Positions 1 through 11,882 of a stretch of DNA of 64,000 nt are shown piece after piece. The notes below the pieces were generated by a model that was given only the letters and a program-made list of their open reading frames with translations, was not told the origin of the DNA and did not search any database. Every line of letters starts with the position of its first letter. The stretch's first letter is position 1. The DNA lies in the NCBI GenBank assembly GCA_964057225.1, contig OZ059895.1, positions 5,642,001-5,706,000 of the forward strand. Direction: 5' to 3'. This DNA is from Auanema rhodensis. Its lineage: Eukaryota; Animalia; Nematoda. The position numbers and the translations under genes are program-made.

Positions 1-99
1 CCTTGACTTCATATGATTTCCAACTTTCATATGCCTCTTTCGTCAAAGTATTCCAGATTTTCTTCATTGTGTACAAATTTCCTTCTTTTATTTTTCTTC

Positions 100-102
<3 letters not shown>

Positions 103-197
<95 letters not shown>

Positions 198-313
198 CTT
201 CTTATTAATTTCTTTCTTTTGCGGATAGATGTTATGCCGTTTGTGCAGTTGATCCTTACTGCATGGTGTCATTCATAATATTTTATCATCAGGTTTCGTT
301 GTATCGTATCTCC

Positions 314-365
<52 letters not shown>
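103..365. repeat. Two (CT)n microsatellites (~103-190 and ~317-365)
   Basis: Perfect CT dinucleotide runs read directly; they generate the spurious LSLSLS/RERERE ORFs in the track. Confidence 0.97.
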
Positions 366-373
<8 letters not shown>

Positions 374-2880
374 CATTTTTTGTCATCTTATTTCATTTCT
401 ACTTATATCTATCTATATATATGTATCTCCAATATTTTATTTAATAACGTTATTCATAAGAAAATATTAAAATGACCAAGCAGTATAATACTAAGCTAAG
501 CTTAGTTATTGCCTCCGGCAGTTACTGCTGTTTTTGTCCTTTTTTGGTCATAATGTGTTGATAATAATGACGACGAACGCTACGAAAATGATGGACAGAT
601 GAAAAGCAAGAGACAACCTTAAATTAAAGTAGAATAAGTTAATATAATGATAATAAATAGAAGCTTGTAGTCATTATATTTATATAATATACTATATAAC
701 ATACTGATAGCGTAGTTAAATTGTCTTAAATCATGTTATTACTAATTTTTTTTAAGTTTTAGTCGGCACTAATTCCAAAAACTCTAATTCGTTTTGAGAA
801 AAAAAAAGAAAATATAAGACAAAACACCTTAACTATGCTATTTATGCAGATTATATATATATTAAAAAATGGCTGTGTAACCCTGTCTCATGCTCTTTCT
901 CTCTACTTAACTTAATCCTCCCCCCCCCTATGCTCCCTTCAAGCAATAAATTCTTCATATTTAGATGAAGTACAAATAGTCATCTCTTATTCAATCTATT
1001 TTCTAGTATAATTATATCTTATACTAATTAATCTTAAGGTAAAATTATTATCAAATTTACTTTTCGTTATTCTTATAACACGTGTTACAACCTTTTCTCT
1101 CTTTTTCTACAAACATTTTTATAAAATTTAAGGTTTTATCTAATATGTATCAGATTTTCGTTGATCTCATATATACATGTTTTCATCTCTTTCTCTCTCT
1201 TTCTCTCTCTCCCTCTCTTCGTTCTGAATTATATTAGCCGTTAAGTTACAATTTCGAAGTTTTAACATTTTCGTACTGAACGGCTGTATTCTTCAACATT
1301 TTCCTCTCTTCACAATCTTTAACTCTCTTCTCTTTCCTTCTTTCATCTTGTAACTTCCTTTAGACTCTATCGTCTTGTATACAACTTATCTAGCTCTTCT
1401 CTCTCTCAATCTCTTCATTTGTTTCTCTCTTTCTCTCTTACTATTCCCATTATCTATCACTCTTTTTCCTATTCAGTTAACTTCTTCTTCATCCTACTTC
1501 CTTCTTCACCAATTCGTCTTTATACCAATCTACATCATCTAGTAAATCATTTACCAATATCTGATGACGTCCATAGATCTCATACGGATCACGTGAAAAT
1601 GTGAGAATCGTTCACAAAATCCCCATTCTTCAGAATATTCTTCCTGTGCCATTATTCGTTTTCTCAACCTACCCCTCTCTCTCTCTATCTCTCTCTCTCT
1701 GTCATCAGCTTACATTCCCATACAATTTTCTAAACATTACCTTCCTAATCACTGAAACTAGAGATCTCTTTTTGAACGTTTTGTGTTGCTTTATTCACTA
1801 TTCTCATCAATCTGCAAAATATTTTTCAATGAAACTTCTTCTTGTTTCTGATTTTCGTTCGTCGTTTTCGTGTGCATCATATAACTTTGATCTTTCAAAG
1901 CATCTTGTCTGACGATATGTCTTTAAGATCATACACGAACTTTATTCGTAAAAGGCTAATCCTTCAAGCATTTTTTCATTCAAATCATATCCATTAATCT
2001 ATTCACATTACTTTAAATTATTATTATATATAATAATATGTATAAATCATCTCATTTAAATCTATAAATTAGATCAAATAAGCTTTTTAAATTATTTTTC
2101 AAATCTTATTATTCAATCATATAATATTTTTTTTATTTTTAACTACAGTTTTATATAGTTAATACATTAAGTAACTATAATTTCAAAAGAACTTTATCTT
2201 ATATTTCTTCATTAGTTATTCCTTTTTTTTGTATCTTCTTTACTGATAAAATTGAAATTTTCATTAGCTATTCTTATAATTATTTGAAGTTTTAATCTTG
2301 GAATGATGTCATAACCAATATTGTTTTCTGCAGTTCGTTCTTTGAGAGAAAGTATGATGTTACTTTCTCAAGGAACTAACTGCAAAGTTTCATCCTGTAC
2401 ATGTTTTCATTTATTACCCTCCTACTACCTACTTTTCTCTCTCCATCTCTCTCTCTCTGTCTCTCTCTCTCTCTCTCTTTTACTCTCTGTTTTTTTGGTT
2501 TCACCTATTCAAGATATCACTACAAGCTTTTTGCATCTTATTTTAATGACGACCACCCATTATATAGCTAAAAGCAATTATGTATATCCATTATCTTATT
2601 AACTTCTCTATCTTCTATTTCTAGTACAAAAATATTTCTTCTTTCACTTATTACTCTTTTAATTTTACATTCTTCTACTAACTCATGATGTTTAGTTTCT
2701 CATTCCATGTTATTCCTTTCTTCTTTAGTATATCACTAAAGTAGTTCTTTAAAGTATTTTTAAAGTTTTATTATTTTCTTCTTAACAATCTCACCGTAAT
2801 CTTCTTCACAATTCAAAGTTTTTGTCTTTTATGCTGTTAATATATATATACGTTTTTTACAAATACGAAAAACTAAATAT

Positions 2881-2955
2881 AGAGAGAGAATGAGAGATTG
2901 AGACATAAAGAGAGAGAGAATGAGAGATTGAGACATAAAGAGAGAGAGAGAGAGA
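2881..2955. repeat. 30-bp tandem duplication followed by a (GA)n tail
   Basis: agagagagaatgagagattgagacataaag occurs twice in tandem (2881-2940), then a GA run. Confidence 0.9.
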
Positions 2956-3274
2956 GGAAGAAAACTTTTGTTTCCTATAAATATCTTAATCTCACTGTAC
3001 TTTTCACTGTTTCTAAAAAAGCTCAATGGATGGTTTAAAGTGATACAGTAGTTGCAGAACACACGATCTGATGACCTTTTTGCAATAGAGTTCTTTCATA
3101 TTTTAACATTTAATCATATATTTAATCGTTTTTCTTATTATATATAGATGGATCGTTTACTATTTTCATTTCGTTCGTTGATTATCTCACACTAAAGGAT
3201 TGTAGAACGCTTCTCATTAACATTTTTCTCAGGAAATACAAACCAAAAAACTTTTTTACTTTGCAGGTATAATC

Positions 3275-3908
3275 ATGCAGACGTCTGCGTACTGGCAACT
3301 TATGCTACTAGGTTAATAATTTTCGTTTTAAGATTCTTTCTTTTTTTACCTTCAACTATAATTGTTCTATTTTACAGGTGTTTTCTTCGTTTTGTTGGGA
3401 AATGTATTTTCCTTAACAGAAGAGGATCAGTTGATGGGGTGGAACAAGGCACATGGCTTATGGGGCAAACGAGCTGGACAGGTGAGTATAATACCTTTAT
3501 TAATTATATATTAATTATATAAATTATCAGGACTTTTTCAACAAACAAGAAAAACGACCTGAAAACTGGTCTAAGCTGAATACCCTATGGGGAAAACGGT
3601 AAGCTCAGCTTAAGCTTTTTCTTCAATGTTTTCAACAAAAATATTCATTTCAGATCATCTCTACCAACTCGAAAGCAATTTGAATATGCAGTTTCATCCG
3701 GTAATCGGTAAGAGTTATTCACTTTCTCTATGATATATCATAACACACTTCTTTCTTTTGTTTATTTTTATTATTATTTGTAAACAATTATTATTTTTTT
3801 ATTAAATTCAAATTTCTTGACTGACAAAATAAAATTTTATTTGAAATAATGACAATTATTCATTTGAGGCCGGACTTATGGCAGATGAACAGCTTATGGG
3901 GACGTTAG
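3275..3908 (+). CDS. nlp-38: Myoinhibitory peptide/allatostatin-B (Wamide) neuropeptide precursor, 5 exons
   Basis: Spliced product: [100 protein letters not shown]. It has a signal peptide, and [10 protein letters not shown] and [10 protein letters not shown] match the known NLP-38 peptides. A ttgcag acceptor lies just before the ATG. Confidence 0.92.
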
Positions 3909-5082
3909 CTGTAAGAACATCGGAATACACAAAAGCCATAACAGAATTATCGTCATCGTCGATTCAAAAATGTGATTTGGATGTCGATTTTAAGCAAAAA
4001 AAGTTCATGACGAACTGCTCTATCGTAATCTTTACCTATCCATTTATATTTCTTTTCATATTTTTCCCTCTCTCTCTTCTTCTCTCTCTCTGTTAGTTCT
4101 AGACAGAGAAAAATAGACAGAAAGAGAAAGAAAATGAAATAGAAAGATAACAAAATGCAATTTTTTATCTTTGCTTTATGATCATTTAGTATTAATCTGT
4201 TATTTTTCTTTTTTTTAACATAATATTTTTTATTCTTTAACTTTCTTATATAATCTTTTCATTTTTGAAAAGATATTACTTCATCTTTATTTTAATTTTC
4301 TTCAACTATTGTTCTTTAACATTATGATCTCCCTCTCTCTCTCTATCACTCTCTATCTTTCTCTATCTTTAGCTCTCTCTCTCTCTCGATATATATTCCT
4401 CTTTCTACTTTTAAATCTTTTAACCTCTTTGCTTAATTCCTTCCTGTCTTATTAGCACTTATTATTATTCATTGCTTTTATACTCTCTCATTAATTAATA
4501 ATTATTATGTTTGTATTCAAATATTATTATTTTAATAAGAAAACAAAACATTAATCAAGTTAAAACTTGAACAAACCTAAAAAATACAGTTCAATTTCAA
4601 TATTCAGCATATTCTTCTATCTTTTCTATCATTAAGATTAGTTTTCTTTCATTTTCATTTGATTAAAAAAAAGAATAAAATTTCTTTTTTTTTTTTTAAA
4701 CTTATTTATATTCTTATATGTTCTAGTTTTCTATATTTTTTTATTGTAACTGCTAACATCATAGTAAGTTGATGTTCTATTGCAAGAACATTCAGAAACT
4801 AATTTAACAGCCACCTCTGCAGTAGGTGGTATGGTGGTAAGCGCTAGCAAGCCCTTTCATCCACTTCGTAAATAACTCCTTTTTCAGCAAAAAATGACTA
4901 AATTTTGAGAGTTTACCCATGATTTTACGTGTTTTTCAATTTTTTGGTGAGTTTAGAAAATAAATTTCTGATAGTAGAAACCACCCCACCAATAATCACA
5001 AATTTCTACACACGACCTATAAATTGGGAGAATTAACAGAATTCAAATAAAAAAATTTTATTAAATGATTATCTTCCTCATT

Positions 5083-5408
5083 GAGCTAACAAACATTGAC
5101 CTCTCGTAAAACAACTAAAAATTCGTCCCTCTCGAGGCTTTATCATGCGAGATGGTCTTCCGGTAAAAAAGATAAAAGATAAAGAAGTGAGAATTGTAAA
5201 TCTTGACTCTACTTCAGGAAGTGATACACATTGGGTTTGTTATTCCAAAAATTAATGTAAAGTTTATTACTTTGACTTTTTTGGATTGGACCAACCAATA
5301 GAAATTATAAATAACCTAAAAGAAAGAAAAGATAAAAAACAAATTGAATGTTCAACATTTCAAATACAAGAATTCAATACAAATCATTGTGGCTATTCTT
5401 GTTATTAA
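5083..5408 (+). pseudogene. Adenain-like (adenoviral-type, clan CE) cysteine protease pseudogene of Polinton type
   Basis: ELTNIDL / frameshift / KIRPSRGFIMRDGLP...IVNLDSTSGSDTHWVCYSKN*CKVYYFDFFGLDQP...FQIQEFNTNHCGYSC. The His (THW), Asp (YFDxFG) and Gln..Cys (QIQ...CG) motifs are in canonical order. In-frame TAA at 5253-5255. Confidence 0.87.
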
Positions 5409-5559
5409 AGTTATTAAATAATATTCAAATTTTCAGAAAGCCGTATTATCACTTTCAAAGAAAGTAAAAGAATGCTTGAGAACGCTTTTGTTTGATAAAC
5501 TTTTTTAGAATCATGCGCATTATTAATGCTATTTGTCTCTTCTCTTCATCATCAAAAGC

Positions 5560-5780
5560 TGATTTATCCTTATTATCAAACACAATTTTCTCTATTTTTT
5601 GGATGAATAAATGATGTTTGACACTTCTAATACAATATTGTTTTCTCTTTACAACAGTTTTATTAAACAGACTATCATCAGATTCATGTTTCATAATGAA
5701 ATTTCTAAGTTCTGCCGCTTTCGTTGCATTTATAAGTTAATATTCTATATATTTTTCTTATTCCTTTTGATAGTATTTCG
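5560..5780 (-). pseudogene. C-terminal fragment of protein-primed B-family DNA polymerase (Polinton pPolB)
   Basis: SKGIRK...(disrupted)...SLFNKTVVKRKQYCIRSVKHHLFIQKIEKIVFDNKDK resembles the Polinton pPolB end motif (AKGVKK...CLF...RKQ..IRS.KH.LY....KIAL...DDKR). It lies tail-to-tail with the protease. Confidence 0.65.
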
Positions 5781-5842
5781 AGAATCTTACCAACTCTCTT
5801 ACGTAGAGCATCTTTCGATCAGATGTTTCATCTTATTAGTTC

Positions 5843-6586
5843 AATGAATTACTTTTTCCAACCGGACTCAAGTTCCAAGAGCATAGAAACCTGGAAAACG
5901 TAGAAGATGATCGAATTGAGATCTTCAAACCAATATTAGAATCAAATAAGAAGCTACAAGAGAAATTAATTGATGAAAAGAACGAAATAGTTCAAACTTT
6001 AAACTCTTTCAAAATTGGAGATGCTCGGGCTCAAAGAGCTGTCAAAAATAATGAGAAGATTATGAGAACCACTCAATCTTCATCAAACCAAAGTAATTCT
6101 CAGATTAAAGTCTCTAATTTGATTGCTACTTACCTACAAGATCCTAGAGACAGAAGTACTACTGGATATTCAATAAGATACAATGATATCACCAAAGAAT
6201 CTGAAAGTAACTACAGTGGTGGATATTCTATTGAAATTTAAAAAAAATCGAAATTGATGATAATACTTTAACAATCAATAATGAAATGTATGATGCTACA
6301 CCTGAATTTATGGAATTACTCACAAAAAAATCTCTTGATCTAAATAAAATAAAACAAACAAGATATTTAAAAATATGTTAAGAAATTAAGTTAAGGAAGT
6401 TCAATAAATGTTTTACTTTCAAATATTAATTCTCTTATTGAATCACTAGAGTTGAGTATTGGTTCATATCAAGCAGGAAATAAAGCAGAATTCAATAAAA
6501 TTCATGTTATTTTAGATGAAATACTCCGTCAGAAAAAAATAAAAAAGAAAGATCTACCTTGTATTTACCTTAATATCCGATTATAA
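5843..6586 (+). pseudogene. Polinton/adintovirus-associated hypothetical protein pseudogene
   Basis: Three disrupted segments: EIFKPILE; IEIDDNTLTINNEMYDATPEFMELLTKK (cf. Y.GTPGL.ELL..K.P); NINSLIESLELSIGSYQAGNKAEFNKIHVILDEIL (cf. L.LL.AS..AGN...NEI..I.DEL). These motifs are recalled from invertebrate Polinton ORFs. Confidence 0.65.
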
Positions 6587-7746
6587 TCTCTTTAAAGGAA
6601 TATAAGTCTTATTCTTTAACAGAATATTTTCATTTACTATCAAGAAGATTAAGTTTATTCGACTGTGTAATATGTTTGGATATTTCGTTTAGTTCTTTGA
6701 ATAACCTTGGAGGAGATGTAAGAGCTTCTTGTTGGTTCTTAGTTTCAAACATCTTAATTGGAATAACTTTTTTTCGATCCGGTGGTATCTCTTTTGAAGC
6801 CGCTGAAAGTGGTATTTGACAAACATACCTTCCAGATCAATTTTTTGGTATAACAACCTCGAAGGTTTTTGAATAATATGGAATGTTGTGAAGTTGTAAA
6901 TACTTTCTAATAGTTTTAGGATTGATTCCTATTTCTTTTTGAAAAGATGATATACTATTCTTTGTGAAATCATAGTTTTTGAGCTTTATACTTAGTTGAT
7001 ACCTCATCTAATACCTATTACCTTATGCTTAATACCTTACCTATTACTTTGCAAAAATATTGAGTTTTAACACTATAAATGGAGAAATCAATGCAGAGAT
7101 TCTTACCACAATTGGATGAACTAGATGGTTTAGATCAAATTATACCTGAAATACAAGATATGATATCATCAAGTTCATATTTATTAGATCAAATCATCGC
7201 TGGCATATAAATCAGACATATTAGACCCCCAAATGAAACCATTTGCCAAGCAAGTTTTTGTTAATTTTCAAAAATCTTATGTGACAAATCAAGTATACAA
7301 ATATAAAAGTTTCAAAAATCAATAAATAATAGAACAATTATTAGAACGAGAAAAACAATATAAATCTATAGTTCAAAGTCAATCTAAGAAACATAATGAC
7401 AATTCAGGATTAGATGAAATGAACAAAATGTGATAAAGTCAGACGAGGGGAGTAAACTCTTTAGATATACTTCTGAAAAGATTAAAAATTTTAAAACATT
7501 TTGAATGTTGAAAAACGATAATGAATTTAGAAAAAATTTGAAACAATCAAAAAATCATGTTTAAAAATATTTTTTGAGTCTCCAAAATTTTCATAAAATG
7601 CTCTTCATTCTTGATTTCAGAAGTTTCTCCAAAACTTAAATTATAATTTTTTGATAGAATGTTAGGAATATTTGAAATTTTATTCCACGATATTAAATAA
7701 TTATAATCATTATTTTATAAAATAACTCTTTAAAAAACAAAAGTTA

Positions 7747-7819
7747 CGACCACGGCAGGATTCGAACCTACAATCTTCTGCTCCGTAGGCAGACGCGTTA
7801 TCCATTGCGCCACGCGGCC
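7747..7819 (-). tRNA. tRNA-Arg(ACG)
   Basis: The reverse complement is GGCCGCGTGGCGCAATGGATAACGCGTCTGCCTACGGAGCAGAAGATTGTAGGTTCGAATCCTGCCGTGGTCG: a 73-nt cloverleaf with A/B boxes, anticodon ACG and a downstream T-run. Confidence 0.97.
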
Positions 7820-8292
7820 ACATTAGAAACATCTTCCTAGTCTCTTAACCTCTAAAACAAATAGAAACAAATTATAGAAAATAAAGTATTAATAAAATAA
7901 ATTATATTATATTAAAGTCAACCAAATTGATTGAAAATATCAAAAAATGATGGTTAAAGTAGAACATAGTACATTTCTCGGAATTAAATAAAATTTTTTT
8001 CATAATTTCGTATCGATTAAATATAACTTTCTCTAATAAATAAATTAAAAGAAGATTTTCAATAAAAATGTGAAAAAATTATTTTCCGAATATTTTTTAT
8101 TTTAAAAAATATTGAAAATAAAATAAAGAAAATATATTGAAAATACTATTATAATTCTTTTATTATAAGTAATAATATTGAGTTTTAAATTATTAAACGA
8201 TTTTAGATATAGTAAGTTCACGTATAAATGAAAAACTTTCACGTAAAATGAATTCTTTTTAACTTGAATTGTAGAGAGATTGGTTGTTCATC

Positions 8293-8852
8293 ATGTTAAG
8301 TCAGGTACGATTACATATCTTTATTTGTATATTATTCAAATTTTATATGTTTATCCCATTTTTCTTTCATTGTTTTAATAAAATTATTGTTGTTTTATTT
8401 TTTTTAGTCTTTAATTTTTTTTCTTGGAAATAAAGTTAATTAAAAATATTTTAGCTTTCAATATTTGTATTGACAATACAGTTGATCTTATTTTCACTCA
8501 CGTTTTGCGTCAAATCAAAAAGTAATTTATTTTTTATTTAATAAATTATTATTGTTATGTTTAATTATATTTTTTTCAGATGGTAAACGATATTTCATTT
8601 TTTGCAAAAAAAAAGACCAAAATGACCCTTCTTCTAACTTAACAACAGAGTCACAGGCACCTGCCGATGTCAATGTTCCTGCCTTAGTAGCCCCACCAGT
8701 TGAAGGAGGTGTAAGTGTTACTGTATCTTTAATTATATAAACTATATATATATAATTAATAATGGTTATATATTTAGGAACATGTGTATGAAGATATTAT
8801 GGTTTTGGATATGTTATCACCACCTCGTGAGAACTCTATGAAACATAAGTAA
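8293..8852 (+). CDS. Small (~94 aa) orphan protein with an N-terminal hydrophobic segment, 4 exons
   Basis: Exons joined by GT-AG in phase give MLSQLSIFVLTIQLILFSLTFCVKSKNGKRYFIFCKKKDQNDPSSNLTTESQAPADVNVPALVAPPVEGGEHVYEDIMVLDMLSPPRENSMKHK*. Confidence 0.6.
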
Positions 8853-9016
8853 AACAGAAAATATATTATATAGTATAAACTATATAGTATAACTAACTGT
8901 CAGATACTAATTCACATTTTTGTATTTTTCTATTGCAAGTTATAACATGAAATTGTATGATTTGGATGAAATAAGATTTATTTCTAATCTTAAAATCCAA
9001 GAAAATGACAAGCCGC

Positions 9017-10064
9017 TTAGGCACGTGGTGGGCATGGGCAGTATTCGGCATCGGAACCTGGTTGTCCATTTTCTCCGCGCTGAAAGTATATTATTTGAAA
9101 TTGAGATTGATTAATGATTAATTCATATTATGAAAAAAGTTTTGTTTTTTTTAATTAAAAACTTGTTTTTATTGAAATTATTAATGTTGCAACTTACTGG
9201 TCCGCATTCTCCGTTCTTTCCTGGATGTCCTGGAGTTCCTGGACGTCCTGGGGCTCCCTTGGCTCCTCCTTGTCCGTCGTTTCCTGGGGCTCCTGGCTTT
9301 CCGTCTGGACCAGGCTCTCCACGGCCTCCTGGTGGTCCTGGGCGTCCTGGCTGTCCTGGTCTGTAATCAGTTCCTGGCTCTCCACGTGGTCCTGGTCTTC
9401 CTGGTTGTCCACAGGTTCCTTGACGTCCTTCGTCTCCTTGTGGTCCTGGTGGTCCTTGTGGTCCTGGGTTTCCGAGTGGTCCTGAAAGTCCTGGGCGTCC
9501 GGCTGGTCCGGCTGGTCCAACTGGTCCTGGAGTTCCGCGTGGTCCTGGGCGTCCGGCTGGACATTTGATACATCCTCCTGGGATATCGTGGGTGACTCCA
9601 ACAACAACTCCTGGAGCTCCTGGACGTCCATCGTCTCCGTCTGGTCCTGGCTCTCCTGGCTCTCCACGCTCTCCTGGAGCTCCTGGTGGTCCAGCTGGGC
9701 ATCCTTCGGATCTTGGTCCGCAGTTGCACTGATCAAAAGCACTTCCTGAGCTACGCTTCTTGCGTCCGAAGATTGTACGGAAATCTGGAGTAGATGCAGA
9801 AGCACCGGTTGGGTTAAGGTGCTTAGACATGATCAAAGACCAGGTCTCGGAAGAGATATCCTACAATAAGAAGATTTTCATGTGAAATCAACGGAATTCT
9901 TTGAATAATCAGCGAAAAGCAACACTTACTCTGAAATCGGAGATACGCTTCTCAACATTTTCTTCAAGTCCGCTGAGTCTGTTCAACAATCCTCCGAGAA
10001 CGAAGACAGTACCGGCCACGAAGACCAAAGTAGCGGCCGAAGACACAAGAATAAGCTTGGTCAT
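9017..10064 (-). CDS. Nematode cuticle collagen
   Basis: N-terminal TM ([18 protein letters not shown]...), RKKR furin site, CNC..CPAGPPG, Gly-X-Y blocks, CIKCP and a YCPCPPRA* terminus. Confidence 0.96.
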
Positions 10065-10803
10065 GCTTAGTGGCTGTTAACACCCTAAACTGATACCTTT
10101 CACCTGTTCAACCAATCTTTATATACATTCACTTTGTCCACGCCTAACACTTAGAAAAAATGTTCAAAAATTCGGTTCCACAGTATGGTTACAGCTTAAC
10201 GATGACTCTACTTCTACCGAATTTACGATTTCTCTGGTTTTTTAGATCTTGGAAGGAAATCTAAAAAAAGCTGAGAACAGGTTCAAATTGACTTGGATAT
10301 TTGGCCAGTAGACAACGAAAAAGTCAAAAAAAAAGCTGCTGAAACGATAAAATTCCTTAAGTGTATAGGTCTTCTATACATTTTCTTTTTATATTTTATA
10401 TCGAGACTTATATAATATAGGTTTCCATCTATATATGTATGTACGTACACATCAAAGATTGAATCAATTTTTTTTAAATTTTGAATTAATTATTATTTGA
10501 ATATATTTGAAAATCGTCTATGAAATAATATATTTTACATATTTTACTTTACAAGTTATTTCATTTTATATATAATATAATAGTTTAAATAATAGTTAAT
10601 TTATGAATTATATATGATGATCACAAATATATTAAATCAGTTTAAAATATTTATTAATTATCTGTAATATTTATATGTTTAGAAATATTAATATTATACT
10701 TGAAATTGTTGTTGTTGTCCATAATATTATTATTTACTTTGTATAATGAAATATAAATATAATTAAATTAAATAATTTATTTTTATAAAGAAACAAGCTT
10801 AAT

Positions 10804-11882
10804 CTAGTGTTTCTTCTGCTTTGGTGGGCATGGACAGTATCCAGCATCAGCTCCAGGGCGTCCATCACTGCCTGGCAATCCATTGTGTCCGTCAGTTCCA
10901 CGTCCTCCAGAAGCACCTGATTTTCCTGGAGCTCCGACACTTCCATTATCACCATCAGGAGCTGGGTTGCCGTCAACTCCGGGTTCTCCAACTGGACCAC
11001 GCTTTCCAATTTCTCCTTGTCTTCCTGGGGCTCCCTGAAGATAGATGATAACAACTTATACAATGCTATAAGTTTACTGGAAGGTATTGAATTCCTGGCT
11101 TTCCACTATCTCCATGCTTTCCTTGCTTTCCAGGTTGTCCAACTGGGCCAATATCTCCAGTTTCTCCTGATGGTCCAACCACTCCTGGAGATCCAGGTGC
11201 TCCACGATGTCCTGGATTACCGTCACGTCCAGGAAGTCCGGGAGCACCAGGCTGTCCTGGGAATCCAGGAAGTCCTTGTGGGCATTGGATACATCCACCA
11301 ACAACACCTGGTACACTAGAAGAATTGTAATATATATAATATGGTCAGCTAATTCATACTCAGCAATAAGTCCAGGAGCTCCATTTTTGCCGTCAGTTCC
11401 GTCAGCTCCATCATGTCCAGGTACTCCTGATGGACCTGGTGGTCCTGGTGGTCCAGCAGCACATCCACGTGCTTGTGAAGCACAATCTCAAAACAATAGT
11501 ATAAAGAAAATGAAAATTAAAAAAACAGATTTTTAAATATTTTAATAAACTTACGGCATTTAGAAGAACGTTTCTGACGAATTCCAAAGATACTTGTAAC
11601 CGATGGTTGAAGTACAGTTCCAGAAGATAAAGGATCTTTATGTAAATGCACAATATTACTCCATGTGTCATCAGTTATAATCTATAAACAATAAATTATC
11701 TTTATAATGTCATCATCAAGGAATCAAACACAGAACAAACATACTCTGAATTGAAGCATCTGCTCTACGATATCATCATTCAGACGATCAATATCTTTCA
11801 TTAAACCACCAACGAAAACCAAAGCAGTTAGAATTCCAAGAGAAGCTAAGACAGAGCCAACGCCAATAAATAAGTTTGACAT
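10804..11882 (-). CDS. Nematode cuticle collagen (tandem paralog)
   Basis: [26 protein letters not shown]..., RQKR site, Gly-X-Y exons, GCIQCP and [11 protein letters not shown]. Confidence 0.95.

Larger units (their letters stand above)
5083..7430. mobile_element. Decayed, internally deleted Polinton/Maverick (adintovirus-like) element; boundaries approximate
   Basis: Intronless, stop/frameshift-disrupted remnants of an adenain-type protease (+), a pPolB C-terminus (-), a Polinton-type hypothetical protein (+) and a short HTH-like ORF (-; FQKEIGINPKTIRKYLQ, ~6840-7007). No convincing TIRs were found. Confidence 0.8.

Noticed and set aside
3-475. LSLSLS/RERERE ORFs (also 42551-43143)
   Set aside because: They are translations of CT microsatellites.
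4819-4870. tRNA A-box-like stretch (ggtggtatggtggtaagcgc) or AGT-type Polinton terminus
   Set aside because: No B box or cloverleaf, and no matching inverted terminus was found.
4915-7560. Weak inverted similarity between ~4915-4945 and ~7530-7560 as a possible Polinton TIR
   Set aside because: Short and very A/T-rich, so not distinguishable from chance without alignment statistics.
9130-11536. Alternative-frame and antisense ORFs over the collagens
   Set aside because: By-products of Gly-X-Y codon periodicity.
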